The notes under the pieces were generated by a model, which saw nothing but the letters and a program-made list of their open reading frames with translations, was not told the origin of the DNA and made no database searches. 64,000 nt of DNA from assembly GCA_934095845.1 (NCBI GenBank), contig CAKOKS010000001.1, positions 5,689 to 69,688 on the forward strand. Reading direction: 5' to 3'. Source of the DNA: an uncultured Bacilli bacterium. GTDB lineage: Bacteria > Bacillota_I > Bacilli_A > RF39 > UBA660. Positions 1 to 8,030 of this stretch are shown piece after piece (position 1 is the first letter of the stretch; each line of letters opens with the position of its first letter). The translations under genes and the position numbers were made by a program.

Positions 1-1
1 A

Positions 2-115
2 ATTGATGTTGACTGGATTTATGAAAAAACGAAAATATTATATGAGATAGTTATCGATATTATTTTTAAAAATATGTTAAATTTTGAACAATATAAATTT
101 GAAAAAAAATTTTAA
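2..115 (+). CDS. possible 3' end of a CDS starting upstream of the window (partial)
   Basis: Frame 2 is open from the window edge to TAA at 113-115 (37 codons). No family recognised. Confidence 0.25.
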   Translation: MDVDWIYEKTKILYEIVIDIIFKNMLNFEQYKFEKKF

Positions 116-132
116 GCGTTACACTTTGATTA

Positions 133-897
133 TTGCCTGGTGCTGAAGGCGCTGAAGTAATTTATGCTTTACGAAATAATGAAACTTTATCTTCTAAAGT
201 ATTAAATGAACTTGCAAAAAATGGCCAAACAATTAGAAAATATTATCAAAAAAGAGGTACAACGAATCCTAATAAAGATTATTACTTTATGTTAAGAGAT
301 ACTGATCCTTATGAATCAATAATAGTTGAGTATGGATTTTTAGATAATGTAGAAGATGCTGCACGTTTAAAGAAAAATTATGAACGTTATGCTTATGCAA
401 CATTAGAAGCACTTTTAGATTATATTGGTTATTCAAAAGATGATTTGGATTATTATACAGTTAAATCAGGAGACACATTATATTCCATTGCTAAAAAATA
501 TGGAATAAGTGTTGATAAGTTAAAAGATTTGAACAATTTAAAATCAAATATGATTTCAGTTAATCAAAAACTATTAGTTAATGATCAAAAGAAAAATCAA
601 GATACAAATGCATATATAGTTGAAAAAGGAGATACACTCTATTCAATAGCCAAAAAGTATAGTACAACTGTAAATAAAATAAAAGAGTTAAATAATTTAA
701 AAAGTGATACTTTATCTATTGGCCAAGAAATTACTATACCAAGTAGTTTTGATGTTAAAACACATATAGTTAAATCAGGAGATACATTATACTCAATAGC
801 AAGAATGTATAATACAACAGTAAATGCAATTAAAGTAGCTAATAATTTAAATAACAATATTTTAAATATAGGAAAAGAATTAATAATACCAGCATAA
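133..897 (+). CDS. LysM-repeat cell-wall protein; 5'-truncated Amidase_3 (N-acetylmuramoyl-L-alanine amidase) homologue, possibly a gene remnant
   Basis: Aligns from GAEVIY onward with the paralogue at 26012-27010 but lacks its first ~90 aa. In-frame TGA at 127-129 and only a TTG start. Three LysM repeats (..VKSGDTLYSIAKKYG.., ..VEKGDTLYSIAKKY.., ..VKSGDTLYSIARMY..). Confidence 0.6.
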   Translation: MPGAEGAEVIYALRNNETLSSKVLNELAKNGQTIRKYYQKRGTTNPNKDYYFMLRDTDPYESIIVEYGFLDNVEDAARLKKNYERYAYATLEALLDYIGYSKDDLDYYTVKSGDTLYSIAKKYGISVDKLKDLNNLKSNMISVNQKLLVNDQKKNQDTNAYIVEKGDTLYSIAKKYSTTVNKIKELNNLKSDTLSIGQEITIPSSFDVKTHIVKSGDTLYSIARMYNTTVNAIKVANNLNNNILNIGKELIIPA

Positions 898-1011
898 TCT
901 GGTATTTCTTATGTAATAAAATTGTTAAACTATTTTTATATGCATAAACATTAGGTATACAAGAGGTTATAATGTACTTTGTAGTGATGTATAAGCAATA
1001 AAAAATAGAAT

Positions 1012-1320
1012 GCATTTATTAATAAAATATTTAATAATGAAACAATAAGAACTGTTTGGTATAAAGAAAATAAAAAATATTAAATTAGCGTTGTTGATAT
1101 AGAAGGAATATTTAGAATAATTGAATCTATTTCTAGCAAGAATGCTGAACCAATAAAAGGTTAATTAGCTAAATTAGGAAGTGAAAGAATAGATAAAGTG
1201 CTTGATTCATCACTTGCAGCGCAAAGAGCTTTAGACTTTTATCGTACTAAATGTTATGATGAGAAATGAATTCCTAAAAGATTAAATGGAATTTAAGATA
1301 GAAAGGAATTAATTAGGTAA
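1012..1320 (+). pseudogene. decayed Bro-N/DinD-like (phage antirepressor family) gene remnant
   Basis: One frame reads ..ETIRTVWYKENKKY*ISVVDIEGIFRIIESISSKNAEPIKG*LAKLGSERIDKV..AAQRALDFYRTKCYDEK*IPKRLNGI*DRKEL. This matches the family pattern ..SPKAEPFK.WLAKVGYERI....KGYS.EWI..RL..I..RKEL. In-frame stops at 1081, 1162, 1267 and 1294, plus an apparent internal deletion. Confidence 0.6.
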
Positions 1321-1384
1321 TTATGTTAAAATAAAAATAAGAATTTTTCTTTTAAACTGTTATAAAGAGGAGGAAACTTTATTT

Positions 1385-1720
1385 ATGATAAATAACAAAT
1401 TAATATGTGATTTTGCTGAAATAATAGGTAAACTAACAATTGTAATAAACCTAGAGTCTTTAAAAGATGCAAAAGCCGATTATGAGATGGTACTTAAAAA
1501 ATTAATAAAATGGGTAAAATATTATTATAAGCATAATAATTTGGATATTGTTACTTATGATGAATCATTGAAAATTCATCAATTATTAGTAGATAAATCT
1601 TGTGATTTAATGACAGATACTAATATTCTAGGCAGTGAATCAATATTGTCTGATGATATTTTAATAAGGTATGAAGTAATTATAAAAAGTATCAATGGTA
1701 TGAAAAGTGCTAATCAATAA
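1385..1720 (+). CDS. hypothetical protein
   Basis: 111-aa ORF with a strong RBS (GAGGAGG) 8 nt upstream of the ATG. No family recognised. Confidence 0.65.
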   Translation: MINNKLICDFAEIIGKLTIVINLESLKDAKADYEMVLKKLIKWVKYYYKHNNLDIVTYDESLKIHQLLVDKSCDLMTDTNILGSESILSDDILIRYEVIIKSINGMKSANQ

Positions 1721-1782
1721 ATAATGCTAATTTAATATTGGTATTTTTTTGTAAAAATGATAATATTAATATAGGTGATAAT

Positions 1783-2589
1783 ATGAATTTTGATGATGAA
1801 GATAAATTTGTTTTAAATAAATCTAATATAGTGATGATTATTATAACTTCTGTATTATTAATTATTTCTATAGTTTTAGGATTTTTCTTATATAAATCCT
1901 TAAGTAATGAAGTAAAAACTCTTCCTGATCTAGAAACAACTTTAGGAAGAACATCAACTATTTCTAAAAGAACAACAACTATTGAAACTACAACAACTGT
2001 TACAACAACAATTCCACCTGATAAATCACCATATTACAAAGTTGATGTTAATAATATATTAACAGATGAGATATTAACAAAAGAGAGTATATCTAGAGAT
2101 GATGCAAAAAAGATAGTTGAAGTTATGTTTGATTTCTTAAATAAATTTTATAACATAGGTGATGATTCTTTATTTAATATAACTGATGTAATTAAATTTG
2201 TTCATGAAGGCGAAACTGATAAAATAACTTATAAAGATGCTACATATGGTGAAATATATCAAGCAAAAGAAATTCTTGATAAAGCATATGTTAAATCATA
2301 TATCTACACTGTTACATATCCTAAATATGATAAATATCAAGTTATATATGCAGCAAACAATAAATACTATAGATTAGAAAATAAACTAGATGGTGCTGAA
2401 TTAGTATTCTCAACTGTTACAATAAATCAATATAATAATGGTTATATTTCAGCTGATGTTAAGTACTATAAGTCGAATTATGAAAGTGAAGGATATACAG
2501 CTCCAGTCTATAAAAGTGTTCCAATTGAGTTAATGTATGAAAATGGAAGATGGAAAACTAAATCATATGTTTTCCCATTATATAAGTAG
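1783..2589 (+). CDS. membrane-anchored hypothetical protein with Thr-rich linker
   Basis: ORF 1738-2589. The internal ATG at 1783 follows AGGTGA. One N-terminal TM helix, then a TTTIETTTTVTTT linker and an extracellular domain. Confidence 0.65.
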   Translation: MNFDDEDKFVLNKSNIVMIIITSVLLIISIVLGFFLYKSLSNEVKTLPDLETTLGRTSTISKRTTTIETTTTVTTTIPPDKSPYYKVDVNNILTDEILTKESISRDDAKKIVEVMFDFLNKFYNIGDDSLFNITDVIKFVHEGETDKITYKDATYGEIYQAKEILDKAYVKSYIYTVTYPKYDKYQVIYAANNKYYRLENKLDGAELVFSTVTINQYNNGYISADVKYYKSNYESEGYTAPVYKSVPIELMYENGRWKTKSYVFPLYK

Positions 2590-2597
2590 GTGAAAAT

Positions 2598-2957
2598 ATG
2601 ACTAATAGAAAATTTAATTTAATATTTGGTATTATTTCATTTTGTATTTTAATAATAATATCTATAATGGCATATATGTTAATTCGAAATGAATCATCAA
2701 GAGTTTACTTTAATATAAAAGAAATAGAAAATTATAATTGGAAAAGTAATAATGTATTATTTAATTACATAGATGGAAAAGTAACTTTAGAAATAAATGG
2801 TGACAAAATGTATAATGAAAAAGAAGCAACAATTGATACTCAAACAGGAGAAATATTAAAAGATAAATTATATATAAGAAGTGTTACAAATAACAATTTA
2901 GTTATATGGTATGAAAAAGAAGAATATAGATTACAAAAAGAAATTATTGCAAGATAA
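2598..2957 (+). CDS. membrane-anchored hypothetical protein
   Basis: 119-aa ORF, RBS AGGTGA, single N-terminal TM helix. Confidence 0.6.
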   Translation: MTNRKFNLIFGIISFCILIIISIMAYMLIRNESSRVYFNIKEIENYNWKSNNVLFNYIDGKVTLEINGDKMYNEKEATIDTQTGEILKDKLYIRSVTNNNLVIWYEKEEYRLQKEIIAR

Positions 2958-2982
2958 AAGACTGGTTATCCAGTCTTTTTTA
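2957..2982. terminator. bidirectional intrinsic terminator
   Basis: AAGACTGG-TTAT-CCAGTCTT hairpin flanked by A and T runs, between convergent genes. Confidence 0.7.
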
Positions 2983-4782
2983 GTTATTTACAACATCAAA
3001 TGTAATTGTTTGAACATTAGTAGTAAGAACACCATTTCTAACACTTTGATTAATGATTGTTCCATTTGTATAATCTTCACTTGTAGTAACATTTACAAAT
3101 ACTTCAATACCTCTAGCTTCACACCAACTTTTAGCATATTCAATTGATTTATTTTTAAAATTTGGAATTGATTCTTGTCTTTTAACTGTGTAGTATTTTT
3201 TTCCAATCACTGGAACTTCATAAGTATCATTAACTGAGAAATTAAATGTTTTAACTGGTTCATTTTTTTCAAGCTCTAAAGTAACTTTTAATGCATGTTT
3301 TATTTCTTCAAGACTTTGTTCATAATATTGGAAAGTATAAACGGAACTTCTTAAATTATTTACATACATTGTTAAATCATAACCAGTTAAATATGTTTTT
3401 TGAATATTTATCATTGATCCTGAATTACCACTAAATATCATTGATTTACCTACATTATATAAGTTCATCATTTGATTAGTAGACATATTAGTATCAATAT
3501 TAGCTGATATAGAATCTAATACTTTAAAGAAAGCATCAACATTTTTTAAATTCTTTGCTGAATTAGCAATTGCTTCAACTACTAATTGTTGATGTTGGAC
3601 TCTTTGGAAGTCTCCTGCAGGAAGAGTGTGTCTATGTCTTGCAAATGCAAGAGCTTGTTCACCATTCATATGTTGAAATCCACTTTTTATACATTGTAGA
3701 TCTTCAGGCTTTTTACTTCTTTTTGAATTTTGTTCACAGAAATTTATCTTTTCAGGAACTGTTATATCAATACCATCAAGGGCATTAACTAAATCAACTA
3801 CACCTTTAAAATTAATTTTTACATAATAATCTATTTTAATATCAACTAAATTTTCAATTGTATTAATAACACATGTTGAACCATAAGCTGCCGAAGAATT
3901 TATTTTTGATGATTCTCCTTTTAAACATGCAATTGGTACATAAGTATCTCTAGGAATTGAAAATACTGTGGCATTTAATGTGTTAGGATTAAAACTCATA
4001 AGCATTAAAGTATCTCCATTAAATGCTTGATTAGCGTTTAATACATCACTTGTTGAGTCAACTCCCATTATTAGAACAGTGAAAGGTTTATCAACAGTTC
4101 CAGGATTTTCAATATAATCTTGATTTTTCATTTCTTTAGAATAAGTAAATTGAACTTTAACTTCATTTTCTATATTTTTATAAGCATCATAACCTTCAAA
4201 TTTAATAACATAATTACTTGTAATAAATATAGCATCAAGTTCACCATTATAAAGTTTTTCTAATAGTTCAAAATTTGAATCATACTCTGTAACATTTACT
4301 TTTAATTTTTCGTTTTTTATATATTCTTTTGGTAAGATATTGCCTTCAACATCAGTTTCATTATTTAATATACCTACTTTAAAATCTTCAGTATTTGAAA
4401 ATTCCTTATCATTTAATAAAATCATATCTGTTGTATAAAGTATTTTGTCTTTACTCATACTATCTAAAATACCATATACTTTATTAATTGTAAGTGAACC
4501 AACAAGTGAAACAGCTGCAATTAGAAGTGCTATAAAGGATAAAAATATAACTGTTTTATTCTTTTTACTCATAAGTAGAAGTAAATTACCAATAATATAA
4601 AGTAGAAGTAATACTCCTAATACTGAAAGAGCAATAACTCTAAGAGTTGTTTCAATATTATTAAGTAGTAAAAGTGATCTAAATAGATAACCATAACTAA
4701 AGATAAAAATTATTGAAACAAATATATATACTAAACGAATACTTAATTTGGTATTGTTAAATTTCTTTAAGAATTTTTTCAT
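2980..4782 (-). CDS. LCP (LytR-CpsA-Psr) family cell-wall polymer ligase with multi-TM N-terminus and PASTA-like C-terminal domain
   Basis: FTVLIMGVDS...GDTLMLMSFNP...FSIPRDTYVPI...KINSSAAYG motifs. N-terminal TM helices. Confidence 0.85.
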   Translation of the reverse strand: MKKFLKKFNNTKLSIRLVYIFVSIIFIFSYGYLFRSLLLLNNIETTLRVIALSVLGVLLLLYIIGNLLLLMSKKNKTVIFLSFIALLIAAVSLVGSLTINKVYGILDSMSKDKILYTTDMILLNDKEFSNTEDFKVGILNNETDVEGNILPKEYIKNEKLKVNVTEYDSNFELLEKLYNGELDAIFITSNYVIKFEGYDAYKNIENEVKVQFTYSKEMKNQDYIENPGTVDKPFTVLIMGVDSTSDVLNANQAFNGDTLMLMSFNPNTLNATVFSIPRDTYVPIACLKGESSKINSSAAYGSTCVINTIENLVDIKIDYYVKINFKGVVDLVNALDGIDITVPEKINFCEQNSKRSKKPEDLQCIKSGFQHMNGEQALAFARHRHTLPAGDFQRVQHQQLVVEAIANSAKNLKNVDAFFKVLDSISANIDTNMSTNQMMNLYNVGKSMIFSGNSGSMINIQKTYLTGYDLTMYVNNLRSSVYTFQYYEQSLEEIKHALKVTLELEKNEPVKTFNFSVNDTYEVPVIGKKYYTVKRQESIPNFKNKSIEYAKSWCEARGIEVFVNVTTSEDYTNGTIINQSVRNGVLTTNVQTITFDVVNN

Positions 4783-4915
4783 TTATATCTTCCCCTTTAT
4801 ACTTCTATATAGTATAGAAAAATTATACTACAAAGAAGAAAGTAACACAATTAATTTTTATATTTATTTTTTCGTATATGTTTGTTATAATTATTTTGTG
4901 AAGTGAGGAAAAACA

Positions 4916-5680
4916 ATGAACAAGAAGACTAGAACAATTATATTTATAATATGTTTATTTTTATTAGTAAGTTTTGGAATAATATATATTTTTAGTGAGT
5001 TATATGCAGAACATGATATTCCAATAACAACAGTAACTGATGCATATAAATTTAAAAATGAATATGAAAGCGTTAATGATCAAGAAACTAGCAGTGGTAA
5101 AAAAATCAGAAATTTAACTATAGCTGATAATAATCCATTTATTTATAAAACACCTGAAGAATTAGTTAAGATGATTGAGGATAAGAAAACATTTGTTGTT
5201 TACTTTGGGTTTAGTACTTGTCCTTGGTGTAGAAGTGTTATAAATTCATTAGTTGACGCTTCTTTAGAAAAAGAAGTTAAAAAGATTTATTATGTCGATG
5301 TTAAAGAAATTCGCGATAAATTTGAATTAAATGATAATAATGAAGCTGTTAGAACTAAAGAAGGAACAGAAGCTTATTATAAATTACTTGAACTATTAAA
5401 TCCTGTATTACAAGATTATAGTCCACTTACTTATGAAACTAAAAAAGGTAAGACTAAAGAAGTTAAAATTGATGAAAAAAGAATTTATGCTCCAAGTGTT
5501 GTAATAGTTAAAAATGGAGAAGCAATTAGTTTAGAAACTGGTATAGTTGAAAAATTAACTGATCCTTATATGGAATTAACTGATGAAATAAATTGTGAAA
5601 TCAAAGAAGCATTTGCTTGTATGTTTGATAAACTTGAAAGTGAAGAAAATACTTGCTCAGTAGAAAATAAAACTTGTTAA
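4916..5680 (+). CDS. membrane-anchored thioredoxin-fold protein (CPWC active site)
   Basis: N-terminal TM anchor. FGFSTCPWCRS CxxC motif in a thioredoxin-like context. Confidence 0.7.
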   Translation: MNKKTRTIIFIICLFLLVSFGIIYIFSELYAEHDIPITTVTDAYKFKNEYESVNDQETSSGKKIRNLTIADNNPFIYKTPEELVKMIEDKKTFVVYFGFSTCPWCRSVINSLVDASLEKEVKKIYYVDVKEIRDKFELNDNNEAVRTKEGTEAYYKLLELLNPVLQDYSPLTYETKKGKTKEVKIDEKRIYAPSVVIVKNGEAISLETGIVEKLTDPYMELTDEINCEIKEAFACMFDKLESEENTCSVENKTC

Positions 5681-5718
5681 AAAAAGAAAATCATTTTTTA
5701 GAAGATTTTCTTTTTTTT
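5681..5718. terminator. bidirectional intrinsic terminator
   Basis: AGAAAATC...GATTTTCT 8-bp stem flanked by A and T runs, between convergent genes. Confidence 0.7.
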
Positions 5719-6437
5719 GCTTTAATTTTGGTTTCGTTTAATTCTTTATTTAATTTTACTTTGTCTTTATTAAGCTTATTTTTTAATAAATATATTTTAT
5801 TAAATACTTTCATATCTGGAAATGATGCAATAAGTCTTTTATGTAGGAAAGTTTTTGAATTTAATATTTCTTTTACTTTTTTAGTAATTACTTCTGTTGA
5901 ATCGCATCTTATTGAACTTGATATATTTTTTAAAGAAATAATAATGTTAAACGATAAAATTATATCAATTAACGTGATTACTAGTAATAGTATAGTAATT
6001 ATTTTTAATGCTAAATCACTAAATGATGTTAATAATGTTATTAAAATAGGATTTATTCCATAAAACATTATTATTCCACCAATTCCAAATGGAATAGCGC
6101 ATTCTAGACAAATACGACCATTAATATTAAATTTTTGATCACTGTAATCCCACCAACGATTTTTAAATACTTTTTCCATTACATAAGATGTAATGTATTC
6201 AAGTACAGCACATAATATAATAGCCATTATAAATAAAACTAACGGATCACTTGCATATCTATTTAACAGAAGTGTAATTAAAACTCCACCAAAACCATAT
6301 ATTGGGCAAAGGGGACCAATTAGAAATCCTCTGTTTACAAATTTATGCATTTTTAAGAGAGTTACTATTATTTCTATTACCCAACCAATAAAAGAGTAAC
6401 AATAAAATAATAAAATAAGAATACAAGGTTCTTTCAT
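5691..6437 (-). CDS. polytopic membrane protein, 'putative ABC-transporter type IV' (PF06541-like) family
   Basis: The track ORF runs to 6659, but the ATG at 6437 follows AGGTGA. Sequence from MKEPCILILLFYCYSFIGWVIE...RGFL.GP.CPIYGFG is typical of this family. Confidence 0.7.
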   Translation of the reverse strand: MKEPCILILLFYCYSFIGWVIEIIVTLLKMHKFVNRGFLIGPLCPIYGFGGVLITLLLNRYASDPLVLFIMAIILCAVLEYITSYVMEKVFKNRWWDYSDQKFNINGRICLECAIPFGIGGIIMFYGINPILITLLTSFSDLALKIITILLLVITLIDIILSFNIIISLKNISSSIRCDSTEVITKKVKEILNSKTFLHKRLIASFPDMKVFNKIYLLKNKLNKDKVKLNKELNETKIKAKKRKSSKK

Positions 6438-6519
6438 ATCATCACCTATAAAAATTATACCATAATGTTTGATTATTAGGAAATAGGTGTTATAATATTT
6501 ATGAGAGGATAGATTATAA

Positions 6520-6951
6520 ATGAAAAAATCCAAATTAATGTTTTTTAGTATAGCAGTAATGTTCTTAGTTTGTTCTTGTTTTGTTTCGGCATCGTTTTCG
6601 TATTTTATAAAACCTTCAACAAATGAGACAGATTTACTAACTGCTAGTTTAATAAGCAATGAAATTAGTTATGATTATATAGAAGGATTAAATCCAGGTG
6701 AAGAAAAAAGTATTGTTATTACAATTATGAGTAATAATAACTTTGATACATTTTTTAAATTATTTTATAAAGGAAATGTAATAGTTACTTCAGAAGAAAG
6801 AACAACTGATAAATTAGAAAGTTTTCAAAATAAAGTTATAACAGTAAATGTAAAAAATGATACTAATGAATATCAAACATTTAAAATAGATGCTAAAAGC
6901 GGACTAAATTTTGGAGAACTTGTATTAAATGATGAGGAAAATGAAATATAA
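6520..6951 (+). CDS. small secreted protein with SipW-dependent-type signal peptide (TasA/camelysin-like)
   Basis: The N-terminus ..SASFSYFIKPSTNETDLLTASL.. resembles the GT.AYF.D.E....N.FTAG motif. It is followed by ..LNPGEEKS.. Confidence 0.5.
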   Translation: MKKSKLMFFSIAVMFLVCSCFVSASFSYFIKPSTNETDLLTASLISNEISYDYIEGLNPGEEKSIVITIMSNNNFDTFFKLFYKGNVIVTSEERTTDKLESFQNKVITVNVKNDTNEYQTFKIDAKSGLNFGELVLNDEENEI

Positions 6952-7015
6952 TTTTCCTTTTTGTTTGTTTTATATTTTATATTTGATATAATTAAATAGA
7001 TAGGAAGTGCTTAAT

Positions 7016-8014
7016 GTGAAATATATATCTTTTGTTGTTCCATGTTACAATTCAGAAAGTTATATGGAAAATTGTATTGATTCTTTACTAATTGGTGGAG
7101 AAGATGTTGAGATAATTATTATAGATGATGGGTCTACTGATAAAACTGGAAAAATTGCGGATAAATATCAAAAAAAATATCCAAGTATAATAAAAGCTAT
7201 TCATCAAGAAAATGGTGGACACGGTGCTGGAATAATGACAGGCTTAAAAGCTGCAACTGGGAAATATTTTAAAGTTCTTGACAGTGATGACTGGGTTGAT
7301 AAAAAAGCTTATAAAACTTTACTTAAAAAAATAAAAAACATTGATTCAGATTTAATAATCATGAATTATGTTTATACTTATACTGATGGTAGAACAAATC
7401 AAACTATCTCATTTAAAAATGTTTTTAAAGAGGAAGAAGAAATGACTTGGGATGAAATGAAAAGATTTAAACCAACTCAATATTTATCTCTTCATTCTCT
7501 TATGTATAAGAAAAGTGTTCTAGATGCATCTAATATGGAATTACCTCTTCATACTTTTTATGAAGATAACTTATTCATATATATTCCATTTGTTAATACT
7601 AAAACAATTTATTATCTAGATTTAGATTTCTATAGATATTTTATTGGAAGAGAGGATCAATCTGTTCAAGAACCTCAAATAATAAAAAGAAGTTCACATC
7701 AAGTACTTGTTACTAAACTAGTATGTAATAAATATGATCTAAATACAGTGGAATCTAAAAAATTAAGAAATATGATGTATCGTGAATGCGTATTCTGTAT
7801 GACTATTGGAACAATATTTTCTCGTCTTGCTATGAATGAAGAAGGAGAAAAACAATATAAAGAATTATGGAATAGTATTAAAGAAAATAATCCAAAACTT
7901 TATAAGAAATTGCGTTTTTCAAAGGCAGGACTTGTATCTCTTCCTGGTAAATTTGGTAGATTCATAGCTATAAAAGGTTATAGATTCGCTCATAGTCTAG
8001 TTAAATTTAACTAG
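7016..8014 (+). CDS. family 2 glycosyltransferase
   Basis: ISFVVPCYNSE...IIIIDDGSTD...LDSDDW motifs. GTG at 7016 is 8 nt after AGGAAG (alternative GTG at 7007). Confidence 0.85.
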   Translation: MKYISFVVPCYNSESYMENCIDSLLIGGEDVEIIIIDDGSTDKTGKIADKYQKKYPSIIKAIHQENGGHGAGIMTGLKAATGKYFKVLDSDDWVDKKAYKTLLKKIKNIDSDLIIMNYVYTYTDGRTNQTISFKNVFKEEEEMTWDEMKRFKPTQYLSLHSLMYKKSVLDASNMELPLHTFYEDNLFIYIPFVNTKTIYYLDLDFYRYFIGREDQSVQEPQIIKRSSHQVLVTKLVCNKYDLNTVESKKLRNMMYRECVFCMTIGTIFSRLAMNEEGEKQYKELWNSIKENNPKLYKKLRFSKAGLVSLPGKFGRFIAIKGYRFAHSLVKFN

Positions 8015-8030
8015 GCTTTTATTAAGGAGA

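Noticed and set aside
1162-1269. TGA and TAA at expected Trp positions in the Bro-N-like remnant, suggesting a possible alternative genetic code (TGA=Trp).
   Set aside because: All long, well-supported ORFs in the window encode Trp with TGG, and many terminate at TGA (for example 13544-13546 and 14170-14172). The remnant also has other lesions. Ordinary pseudogene decay explains it.
5674-6063. 129-aa + strand ORF, and the 322-aa extended version (to 6659) of the minus-strand membrane gene.
   Set aside because: The + strand ORF is the antisense shadow of the PF06541-like gene. The extension upstream of 6437 lacks family similarity and overlaps the divergent promoter and gene, whereas the ATG at 6437 has an AGGTGA RBS.
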